From Candidatus Micrarchaeia archaeon (lineage in GTDB: Archaea; Micrarchaeota; Micrarchaeia; Burarchaeales; JACRGF01): a stretch of DNA of 23,296 bases. The translations under genes were made by a program, and so were the position numbers. Numbering within the stretch: the stretch's first letter is position 1; the number at the start of each line of letters is the position of its first letter. Positions 1 through 7,241 of this stretch are shown here, piece by piece. The stretch covers positions 1-23,296 of the forward strand of contig JAWCPB010000019.1 of NCBI GenBank assembly GCA_038870455.1. Reading direction: 5' to 3'. The notes beneath the pieces are model-generated. The model saw only the letters and a list, made by a program, of their open reading frames with translations, was not told where the DNA came from and searched no databases.

Positions 1-348
1 AAGCCAAACCCGAACGCTTCGCTGGCAGCCTATTACTTCTGGAGCAGGGCATGCCCGTACTCGCTGGACGCGAATCCTTTCATTGACGAGGTGGAGCGGA
101 ACTGGTCGGCGCTCAGCATAGTGCGCGTTGACATTCTCATGAACTGGCCTGCGTTCGAGCTCTACACGAGGTTTGCGGACGCGTACAACCTGTCCAACGA
201 CTCGCGGGTGGTGCCCGTGGTTTTCATAAACGGCACGACCATCTCGACGAACTACACGATAAAGGAAAAGCTCGCGGGGGTTGTGGCGGCGTGCCTGCGC
301 TCAAAAAACTGCTCCAGCCCGCTCGCCCCGCTGAACCTAACGGGCTGA
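1..348 (+). CDS. Thioredoxin/glutaredoxin-fold protein, 5'-partial
   Basis: Frame 1 is open from base 1 and reads KPNPNASLAAYYFWSRACPYSLDANPFIDEVERNW...VVPVVFINGT. It has a CxxS (CPYS) motif after a hydrophobic strand and a cis-Pro-type VPVVFING motif. Confidence 0.7.
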   Translation, partial: KPNPNASLAAYYFWSRACPYSLDANPFIDEVERNWSALSIVRVDILMNWPAFELYTRFADAYNLSNDSRVVPVVFINGTTISTNYTIKEKLAGVVAACLRSKNCSSPLAPLNLTG

Positions 349-1047
349 CTTTTCCTGTTCTCTCGCTATTTCGGCGAGCGCGCGCTTTCCAAGCAGCCCG
401 GTTGGAGAAAAGAACGCGAGCAGGAACGCGGCGAACTTGATGAGGGGGTCTTTTCTCTTGACGTGGCGCAACTCATGCAGGAGGATGAGCTCGAGCTTTT
501 TCCTTGGCAGGAGCTCGAGAGCGCCCACGGACAAGACTATGAAGCTCTTTTCACCCACGACCGAGAACGCGATGGGCTCCTGCCTGCTTACGAAGCGAAG
601 CTCAGGCGCAACCACGCCGACTCTCATGCTCAAGCGCTCGTTCAGAGCGTGAAGCCAGTGGGAAGCCGGAAGCGCTTGGCCTCCGATGGCCGCCACGAAA
701 AGCCGCGAGCCGAGGAGATAGAACACGGTGGCGGAGAGCACCACGGCCAGCGGAAGCGCGCCGAAAAGCACTTTCATCGAAAGCATGTCGCAGTTCATGG
801 CCACGAGCCAAGTCGTCAGCGGAAGTGTTGCGAGCACGAGGCTCGCCATTATGGCGGCCATCCGCGCCCTGAACGAGGAGAAAATCACCCTTGCCCTGTA
901 GGCTGCGTAGGAGGCGGCAAAAAAGCCTGTGGTTATGGCGAGCGTGTCCGCCCGCGTTATGCACGCCCAGTGGTCTTTCAGGAGGTACGCCGCGAAAGCT
1001 GCCCCGCTCGCTGCGAGAAGCACTTCACTGGCATTAAACTTAGGCAT
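337..1047 (-). CDS. Membrane zinc metallopeptidase, M56 (BlaR1-like)/M48 type; C-terminus appears short
   Basis: Several N-terminal hydrophobic helices, PIAFSV..IVLSVGALELL, HExxH motif (LLHELRHVKRKD), then REQE just before the stop. Confidence 0.75.
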   Translation of the reverse strand: MPKFNASEVLLAASGAAFAAYLLKDHWACITRADTLAITTGFFAASYAAYRARVIFSSFRARMAAIMASLVLATLPLTTWLVAMNCDMLSMKVLFGALPLAVVLSATVFYLLGSRLFVAAIGGQALPASHWLHALNERLSMRVGVVAPELRFVSRQEPIAFSVVGEKSFIVLSVGALELLPRKKLELILLHELRHVKRKDPLIKFAAFLLAFFSPTGLLGKRALAEIAREQEKSAR

Positions 1048-1120
1048 ATCAAAACAAGGTATATTTCACGGCGCTTGTTTTTAAGCTTACTACTTTGACC
1101 GCTGACGGAGGTATCGGCAA

Positions 1121-1221
1121 CAACCCTTTTGTCGGCGATCCGGCAAAAGCGTTGACGGAAAAAGGAGAGCGCCTGCGGCGCCAACCCTTTTGTCGGCGAT
1201 CCGGCAAAAGCGTTGACGGAA
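1121..1221 (+). repeat. Two identical 40-bp palindromic direct repeats (1121-1160, 1182-1221) separated by 21 bp
   Basis: CAACCCTTTTGTCGGCGATCCGGCAAAAGCGTTGACGGAA occurs twice. Internal hairpin CAAC.CTTTTG.CGG-cgat-CCG.CAAAAG.GTTG. The spacer contains a small hairpin, GCGCC-tgc-GGCGC. Confidence 0.95.
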
Positions 1222-1340
1222 GACAAAGGGGGGAAGTATCCCCCCTTCGTCCTAGACCTTCCCCCCTCTCGAGGAGGGTCAGGAGGAACCTGGAACTGGG
1301 GGAACCGCAGGTTCCCGCGGTTCAGTCCCCCTGGGTTCGG
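1222..1340 (+). mobile_element. ~120-bp non-coding multi-hairpin dispersed element, copy A
   Basis: GACAAAGGGGGG...GGGTTCGG aligns end to end with the reverse complement of 14653-14773 (about 85-90% identity by eye, same boundaries). No terminal inverted repeats. Confidence 0.75.
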
Positions 1341-1367
1341 TCCTTTCGCCGGCGTGGTTGGTTCTAA

Positions 1368-1760
1368 TTATTCAAGTATTTTCTCGGGCGGGAGGCGCCG
1401 GGGCGGCTCGCCTGCTTTGAAGATGAGCTCGAGGCGCCGCCAGAAGCCCTCGAGATCGGAGCGAAGCTCGGCGAAAAAATCCTGGGGAAAAGGCTCGGGG
1501 GCACGCGGAATGCCTTTCACGATTTTTACCTCTGCCCTGGCCGCGGGCGGAGGCGCAGGTGGCTTCGCGAGAGGTGCTGCCGAAAGGGGAGCGGCCGGCG
1601 GCTTGGCAGGCGCGGGCTTGGTTGAAAGAGGCGGGAGAGCGGCCGGGATTTTGGATGGAAGCCTGAGGAAATGCGGCGTTGGCTTTCGCCTGGGCTTTGA
1701 AACAGGCCTGCGGGCTGGCCTTCCCGCGGCTTTTGCCTTTCGCGCCCTGCGCTTTGTCAT
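1368..1760 (-). CDS. Hypothetical protein with Lys/Arg-rich N-terminus, Pro/Ala-rich linker and short helical C-terminus
   Basis: 130-aa ATG ORF about 23 bp downstream of an AT-rich TATA-like box (1783-1790). No recognisable family. Confidence 0.55.
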   Translation of the reverse strand: MTKRRARKAKAAGRPARRPVSKPRRKPTPHFLRLPSKIPAALPPLSTKPAPAKPPAAPLSAAPLAKPPAPPPAARAEVKIVKGIPRAPEPFPQDFFAELRSDLEGFWRRLELIFKAGEPPRRLPPEKILE

Positions 1761-1782
1761 GTTTCCAGATTATGCGCTGGGG

Positions 1783-1790
1783 TTTAAATA
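1783..1790. promoter_or_regulatory. Archaeal TATA-box candidate between divergent genes
   Basis: TTTAAATA in GC-rich context, between ATG 1760 (-) and ATG 1833 (+). Confidence 0.5.
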
Positions 1791-1832
1791 GGTGAAGCAG
1801 CAAAAGAATTGCTTGTTCTAGAGGAGGAGGGA

Positions 1833-2288
1833 ATGCGTAAGAAAAGCGCTGACCGGGGAGAGGCGTTCAAACAGGTCTTTAGGAACCTCGACGAGTTTTT
1901 CAGCAAAATAGAGGAGAACAGGCAACTCACGCCCGAAAGAAGCTTTCAGGTGGTTGAGATTTCTGGGGGCGGGGATGGTGCTGAGAGGGAGGCCGATTCG
2001 CGTGAGAAAGCCCTCATGCGATTCCTCGAGGACAGGGTCGCCGGAAGGGGACCTGCCAGAAAGCTTAAGGCGTTCAAGGGCCTCACCATGTACTTCGATG
2101 ACAACAAGCGCGGGTGGTCTCTCGTGGTTTGCGCGTACGAAGAAGAAACACTCTTCACGCTAAATGCAACCGACGAAGGCCGGACGCTGACGCTCGTGCT
2201 GACGCCGACAGGAAAAAGCTTTGTGGAACGTTTGGTATCAGAGCTGGAGCAAGAGGGACTGCTGACGGAGTTCATGGAAAAGAAGTAG
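1833..2288 (+). CDS. Hypothetical protein
   Basis: Part of ORF 1809-2288. ATG at 1833 is preceded by a GGAGGAGG Shine-Dalgarno-like sequence. Plausible globular composition. Confidence 0.7.
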   Translation: MRKKSADRGEAFKQVFRNLDEFFSKIEENRQLTPERSFQVVEISGGGDGAEREADSREKALMRFLEDRVAGRGPARKLKAFKGLTMYFDDNKRGWSLVVCAYEEETLFTLNATDEGRTLTLVLTPTGKSFVERLVSELEQEGLLTEFMEKK

Positions 2289-2292
2289 GGGG

Positions 2293-2400
2293 GCGGGGTG
2301 GTCGAGAAAGAGGGTTGTGTGGGAGGTGAAATCCACCGGAACCTACAACCTCCAAAGGGAGGCATCGGAACCGCAGGTTCCGATTATGGCCGCACCCCGC
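2293..2400. repeat. Structured multi-hairpin region between convergent genes; shares the GGAACCGCAGGTTCC hairpin with the 120-bp element
   Basis: GCGGGGTG(2293-2300)/CACCCCGC(2393-2400), GGTTGT/ACAACC, GGTG/CACC, and ATCGGAACC-gca-GGTTCCGAT (2364-2384). Confidence 0.6.
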
Positions 2401-2986
2401 GCCCGCTAGCATGCAAGTGCTGGTCGCCTTGCAAGCGTGACTCTGGAAGCCGGTAGAAGACTTTCCTGCCGGCCTGAACCTTTTCGAGAACCCCGAGCTC
2501 GAAAAGGTTGTTCAGACGCGCGCTCGCGGCATTCCGCCCCTTGTAGCCAAAGGCGGATTGCACGTCCTCGGCGCACGCCAAACCCTTCTGCCTCACGAAA
2601 TCCACGATGCGCTGATCGACGTCTGGAAGGACGGGCGCTGGTCGCCTTGCCTCACCCGCCAGCCCCTCCAGCCTGCCGATTCTCGCTTCAAGCGCATCGA
2701 GGCGAGCGTAAATGTTCTTGAGCAGGCGATTGGTGTTCTCCTTTTCCCTTACAGTCATGTAGAGGACGGAGGCGAGGAAAACCGGATCCCGCAACTTGGC
2801 GAGGACGGGCCGCAACTCATTCTCAACCTCATCGCGGACAGCCTCAACGTCCTTGGTCGGGAGGGCGCTCTCGATAGGCTTAAAAGCTTTGTTTTCTTCA
2901 TCTGCTTCATTGCCGGGCATGAACGCACCTGCTCGCGTGTTCAATGGAGTCACGACAACTCCATGGAAGTGTCGTGACTTAGTCAT
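2384..2986 (-). CDS. Coiled-coil plus C-terminal winged-helix protein (putative DNA-binding regulator)
   Basis: Heptad region LLKNIYARLDALEARIGRLE, then a wHTH-like DQRIVDFVRQKG...AASARLNNLFELGVLEKVQAGRKVFY. The start could be the later Met (MPGNE). Confidence 0.7.
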   Translation of the reverse strand: MTKSRHFHGVVVTPLNTRAGAFMPGNEADEENKAFKPIESALPTKDVEAVRDEVENELRPVLAKLRDPVFLASVLYMTVREKENTNRLLKNIYARLDALEARIGRLEGLAGEARRPAPVLPDVDQRIVDFVRQKGLACAEDVQSAFGYKGRNAASARLNNLFELGVLEKVQAGRKVFYRLPESRLQGDQHLHASGRGVRP

Positions 2987-3058
2987 GACACATTTTTAAA
3001 CCTTCGTTTTCTCCTCGGAAAAACCCTGCCCGGCTCGGGAAATGAAATCGGTGGGAAA

Positions 3059-3613
3059 ATGGAGTACGGGCTTTTTGAAGCAACGCAGGAGATTCTTGAT
3101 GCATTAAAGAAGATGGATATTACTGCGTTGAGGAAAACAAGCAATAGATGCACGAACTCGCTTGCAATCGAGGCTAAGAAAGGCATGCTCGAGCTGGCAA
3201 TAGTGTCTTACTCCCTTGCGAAGGTATTGGAGAAGCCTCATTTCTGGAAAACAGAGAAATGGGATGAATTCGTTTCTAAAACCCAGAAAAAGCTCGGAGA
3301 ATGCGCGTATTATGCGAAAGAAGGCATGGAGGAAGAGTTTGGAGTGTGCATCGAGGGGCTTGAGAAAGGGCTTGCCGAGGCTGAGGCGAGGGACAGGAGG
3401 TATGTCAAGGATGTTCTGTTCAAGGCGAGGATAAAGATTGGAAGCACGCTTTACGCACAGGGTTTCTCGCTGGGAAACGCCGCCGCGCTCGTCGGAGTCA
3501 GCAAGAGGGATATCGCGAGCTATGCCGGAAAGACGATGATTTTCGACAGGGCTGGAAAGACTTTCGGCATAGCCGAGAGGCTCAAGAAGGCGAGAAAGCT
3601 TTTCGGGAAGTGA
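3059..3613 (+). CDS. Hypothetical helical protein with possible C-terminal HTH
   Basis: 184-aa ORF, first gene of a tightly packed three-gene run. GFSLGNAAALVGVSKRDIASY resembles an HTH. Confidence 0.7.
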   Translation: MEYGLFEATQEILDALKKMDITALRKTSNRCTNSLAIEAKKGMLELAIVSYSLAKVLEKPHFWKTEKWDEFVSKTQKKLGECAYYAKEGMEEEFGVCIEGLEKGLAEAEARDRRYVKDVLFKARIKIGSTLYAQGFSLGNAAALVGVSKRDIASYAGKTMIFDRAGKTFGIAERLKKARKLFGK

Positions 3614-3617
3614 GCGG

Positions 3618-4295
3618 ATGAACGGAGAGGAGTCTGTTGTCTGCGACTCGAGCGCGCTGATTTCGCTGACCGACTCTTGCTTCCTGCCCCTCCTTTACGA
3701 GCTCAAGAAGCGCATGAGAGGGGGCTTTCTCATAACGCCGGTGGTCAGGTACGAGAGCATAGAGCACCCGATGAAAATACGCGAGCACGCCATGGCCGCC
3801 ATAAGGCTGTTGAACGCGGAAAGGGACGGCGTGATCCAGACGGTGGCGAAGGACTTGAAGAAAGAGAGGGAAGAGGTGCTGTGGATAACCAACAACCTGT
3901 TCATCGTGAATGGGAGGCCGTTGAACCTCGTGCAGGCGGGCGAGGCCGAAGCGCTCGCGCTCGCCGCGCAGGCGGGAGTGAAGAACATACTCATCGATGA
4001 GAGGACGACGAGAATGCTCATCGAGGCGCCGCTCGCGCTCAAGGAACACATGGAAAAGGAGTTCGAGGGAAAAGTCGAGGTGAATGAGGAGTACTTAGGC
4101 AGGCTGGGCGAACTCACCAAAGGGCTGAGCGCTTTCCGCTCGTGCGAGCTGGTTGCGCTCGCGTTCGAGCGAGGCTACTTCAAGAAGTACGGGGAGGCTG
4201 AGAGGCAGGCGCTCGAGGCAGCGCTCTACACGGTGAAGTTCGCGGGCTGCGGCGTGAGCTTCGAGGAAATAGAAAGTTACCTGAAGGGGGTTTGA
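3618..4295 (+). CDS. PIN-domain-like protein
   Basis: Acidic PIN motifs: VVCDSSALI, V.YE, GEAEALALA, ILIDE. Confidence 0.75.
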   Translation: MNGEESVVCDSSALISLTDSCFLPLLYELKKRMRGGFLITPVVRYESIEHPMKIREHAMAAIRLLNAERDGVIQTVAKDLKKEREEVLWITNNLFIVNGRPLNLVQAGEAEALALAAQAGVKNILIDERTTRMLIEAPLALKEHMEKEFEGKVEVNEEYLGRLGELTKGLSAFRSCELVALAFERGYFKKYGEAERQALEAALYTVKFAGCGVSFEEIESYLKGV

Positions 4296-4296
4296 G

Positions 4297-4986
4297 ATGC
4301 AGCTTCCCCTGCACCGTTTTTCGGAAAAGGGCGAGAAGCGGCACATTGAGGTTTTTGCAGATGAGCACGAGAGCGGAGTACCCGAGGTGCTCGCCTCCAT
4401 GAATGTCGTGGTCAGGAAGACGGTGCTTCCCGTGGGCGACTATATACTCAGCGAGCGGGTGGTGTGCGAGAGGAAGACGAGGGATGATTTCGAGAACAGC
4501 ATCATGGATGGCCGGCTGTTCCATCAGGCGGGCAGGATGCTCGCCGACTTTCCGCGCGCGCTCGTGGTAATCGAAGGCGAGAGGTTCGCCGAGCGGGTGG
4601 GGAAGAGCGCTGTGCTCGGAGCGATTGCGGCGCTCATAGTCGATTATGGCGTATCGGTTTTCTTTACGCGGGATGAAGAGAAGACTGCCGAGCTGTTGTA
4701 CGCGATTGCGAGAAGGGAGCAGCTTGGGGAAAAGAGGGAGGTCAGGCTGCTCGGGGAAAAAAGGGCGTGGAGCCTGGCCCAGAGGCAGCAGCTCATAATT
4801 GAGACGCTGCCCAATGTAGGGCCAAAGCTCGCCAAGGCGCTGCTCGCCCGCTTCGGAAGCGTGGAAAAAGTTTTCAAGGCGAGCGAGAAGCAGCTGCAGG
4901 AAGTCGAAAAGATAGGCGAGAAAAAGGCGAGGGAAATCAGGAGGGTGATAACAGCGAAATACGAGAGGAGTGAGCAAGAATTATAA
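4297..4986 (+). CDS. ERCC4/XPF-family structure-specific nuclease with tandem HhH (short form, no helicase)
   Basis: ADEHE, VGDY, ERKTRDDFENSIMDGRLFHQ, VVIEGE, plus HhH motifs LPNVGPKLA and VEKIGEKKA. Confidence 0.9.
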   Translation: MQLPLHRFSEKGEKRHIEVFADEHESGVPEVLASMNVVVRKTVLPVGDYILSERVVCERKTRDDFENSIMDGRLFHQAGRMLADFPRALVVIEGERFAERVGKSAVLGAIAALIVDYGVSVFFTRDEEKTAELLYAIARREQLGEKREVRLLGEKRAWSLAQRQQLIIETLPNVGPKLAKALLARFGSVEKVFKASEKQLQEVEKIGEKKAREIRRVITAKYERSEQEL

Positions 4987-5010
4987 ACAATTGTGTAAAA
5001 AATTTACTCG

Positions 5011-5610
5011 ATGCTGGAGGCCCTCATAACATCAAGGGTGAAGAGGAAACTGCTTGCGTTTTTTTTCGCCAATCCGGAAAACGAATTCTACATAAGGGAA
5101 GTGTCAAAGAGACTTGGCGAGGAAACGAACGCGGTCAGAAGCGGGCTTCAGGCGCTGGCGGACGCTGGGATACTCTACTCAAACAGGAAGGGGAACCTGA
5201 GATATTTCGGGGTGAACAAAAAATGCCCTATTTTCGAAGAGCTGAAAACCATGCTGCTGAAGACAGAGGGGCTCGGTGATGCGATGAGGAAAGAGTTGGA
5301 GAAGTCGGGTGCCCTGTTCGCTTTCGTATACGGCTCTTACGCGGAGGGAAAGGAAAGAAAAGGCAGCGACATAGACCTCATGGTGATTGGCGATATTCAC
5401 ATAGATGACTTCAACAAAATTATTTCCCGCATTGAAAGAAAAATAGGGCGCGATGTCAATTACCTCGTTTACCCAGAAAAAGAGTTCGCGGAGAAGCTCT
5501 CGAGCGGCTTCTTGCGCGATGTCGTCAGAAGCAGGAGGATAATGCTCGTCGGGGAGGAGGATGCATTTAAGCGATTTGTTGAAGCAAGGGCGGATACGGA
5601 AAGTTCCTAA
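5011..5610 (+). CDS. wHTH-fused minimal nucleotidyltransferase (MNT), putative antitoxin
   Basis: N-terminal wHTH (FYIREVSKRLGEETNAVRSGLQAL) and Pol-beta-type motif YGSYAEG...SDIDLMVIG; adjacent to a HEPN gene. Confidence 0.85.
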   Translation: MLEALITSRVKRKLLAFFFANPENEFYIREVSKRLGEETNAVRSGLQALADAGILYSNRKGNLRYFGVNKKCPIFEELKTMLLKTEGLGDAMRKELEKSGALFAFVYGSYAEGKERKGSDIDLMVIGDIHIDDFNKIISRIERKIGRDVNYLVYPEKEFAEKLSSGFLRDVVRSRRIMLVGEEDAFKRFVEARADTESS

Positions 5611-5983
5611 AGATCCGAGACAGGCCGGCGAGAACCTCGCGGCGGCTGAGAGGGACCTGGCGGTAGCCGGGAAAACCCTTGAAGTGGATTGTGACTGGGC
5701 TTTCGTCATGGCTTATAACGCGATGCTGCACGCGGCGATGGCGCTCATGTTCGCAGAGGGATACGCCCCATCAGGAGAAGAAAGGCACAAGATCGCGGTG
5801 GATTACGCCGATGCCAAGCTCGGAGCGAGATTCGGGGACCTGGTCAGTCTTTTTGACAGGATGAGGAAAAAGAGGCACGCGGTGCTTTACGAGAAAGTCG
5901 GTTCGATTTCAAGGTACGAAGCGGGTTTTGCGCTCAAAACCGCCAAAGAATTTGTTGAGAGAATAAAGGAAAAAACTGAGTGA
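5561..5983 (+). CDS. HEPN-domain protein, partner of the upstream MNT
   Basis: AERDL..A, AYNAMLHAAMALM..G, H, and RKKRH..Y pattern of archaeal HEPN proteins; overlaps the MNT gene by 50 bp. Confidence 0.8.
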   Translation: MHLSDLLKQGRIRKVPKDPRQAGENLAAAERDLAVAGKTLEVDCDWAFVMAYNAMLHAAMALMFAEGYAPSGEERHKIAVDYADAKLGARFGDLVSLFDRMRKKRHAVLYEKVGSISRYEAGFALKTAKEFVERIKEKTE

Positions 5984-6033
5984 AAGAACAAGTTTAAAAA
6001 AATCTCCGAATAAATACTCTCGGGAGGGGTGGC

Positions 6034-6420
6034 ATGGAAGACGACGTTGCGGCAGTCATAAAGAGAAAGCTCAGGAGCTGGGGCGACGAGAAGCTGAACA
6101 CGGCAAAGCTCATCGAGCTCAGGAAAGAAATCACTGAAAAGACGGGCAAGTACAAGTTCGCGCCCTTCTCGAACATTAAAAAGTGGGTGAGGCAGGCGAG
6201 GAAAATGCTTGCCGCAGAGGAGAAGCCTGCCAGAAAAGGCAAAGCCGGCGGGGCGAAGGCGCCTGCGGAGATTACCGCGCCGCCCGTGCTATCGGACAGG
6301 GTTTTCCTGCAGAACATCAGCTTTGAAGTGGCCGGGATGAGGAGGACGCTTGAGAGGATTTCGCAGCAGCTCGATATGCTGGAAAGGCAGCTCGCGCTGA
6401 AGAGAGGGGCTTCTGAATAA
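6034..6420 (+). CDS. Hypothetical protein with C-terminal coiled coil
   Basis: 128-aa ATG ORF with GGAGGGG upstream and a TTTAAAAA box near 5993. Confidence 0.65.
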   Translation: MEDDVAAVIKRKLRSWGDEKLNTAKLIELRKEITEKTGKYKFAPFSNIKKWVRQARKMLAAEEKPARKGKAGGAKAPAEITAPPVLSDRVFLQNISFEVAGMRRTLERISQQLDMLERQLALKRGASE

Positions 6421-6466
6421 TTTTGGCTGGCGGAAAAATCCGCTTCGTTCTGGCTCCTGTCCAAGC

Positions 6467-7147
6467 CTAGCGCGCCCTGAGCGCCCTTGCCTTCCCCATT
6501 TCTTCAGAGACTTCTTTAGCAAGGATCTCTTCAGCTCTGGCTATGAGCGCCTCCCTCTTTTCAATCAGAACGCTGAGAGTCCTCTCAAGCTCCGCGCACT
6601 TCTGAAGGTTGCCGCGCAGGCGCTCCCTCTGCAGCTCCTCGCCTGCCGAGCGTATTTCACCCTCGTTGGCATCAAACTCGGTCACATCTTCTTCCCGAAC
6701 ATATTCCGCCCTGCGGCCGTGGATGGCCCGCACCACAAGGCTCGGCACGGGAGGAAGCGATGGCGCGGGCGCCTTAGCCTCTTTTTTGACTTGGGCAAGC
6801 GCTTTTTCTGCAATCTCCCTCTTCCTAGCGTGGTTGGCAGAGATTATCTCGCGAATGCGCGCCAGCACGCCAGCGTCCCTCGCCTGCTTGAATTCTTTCG
6901 TGAGGCGCCGCAGCTCCTCCTCTCCTGGGGTGTAGTCCGCGATGCCAAGCTTATGCTTGAGCGCGGCGAGCTCGCTGAGCAGGCCCTTCTGCGCGCCCAC
7001 GCGCGCGGCGAGTTGCGCATCTTCCTTGCCCTCAGCGCGCAGGCGGGCGAGCTCGAGCAGGCCGCTGTTGAGCTCGAACTTCAGCTCCTCCACGGCGATG
7101 AGCTCCTCTAATGTGGCCTCTCCTCTGCGAAGCCTTTCGAAAGCCAT
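6467..7147 (-). CDS. Hypothetical coiled-coil protein
   Basis: E/K/R/A/L-rich helical ORF. The track gives a start at 7255, but that overlaps the upstream gene end; ATG 7147 (MAFERL) is more plausible. Confidence 0.65.
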   Translation of the reverse strand: MAFERLRRGEATLEELIAVEELKFELNSGLLELARLRAEGKEDAQLAARVGAQKGLLSELAALKHKLGIADYTPGEEELRRLTKEFKQARDAGVLARIREIISANHARKREIAEKALAQVKKEAKAPAPSLPPVPSLVVRAIHGRRAEYVREEDVTEFDANEGEIRSAGEELQRERLRGNLQKCAELERTLSVLIEKREALIARAEEILAKEVSEEMGKARALRAR

Positions 7148-7241
7148 ACTGGTCGCGGACAAAAATTGGAGGGCAGGGAATAAAAAGGTTTTTGAAAGGC
7201 TCAGGGAGCTATCGATATCCCAATCGCGTTGGGTTCTGGCA

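Noticed and set aside
1121-1221. CRISPR mini-array
   Set aside because: Only two repeats; the spacer (21 bp) is much shorter than the repeat and is itself a hairpin; no cas genes are in the window; and the repeat recurs as a tRNA intron.
1095-1791. ORFs 1095-1367 and 1213-1791 (and 14586-14975, which shares RQRGEVSPLRPRPSPL with 1095-1367)
   Set aside because: The shared peptide is just the translation of the non-coding 120-bp element; these ORFs run through repeats and overlap better-supported genes.
2292-2401. tRNA (begins GGCGGGG-TG-GTCG-AG), 5S rRNA or FMN riboswitch
   Set aside because: No T-arm or anticodon arm can be assembled on either strand, resemblance to the other RNAs is limited to a few bases, and the locus lies between two gene 3' ends.
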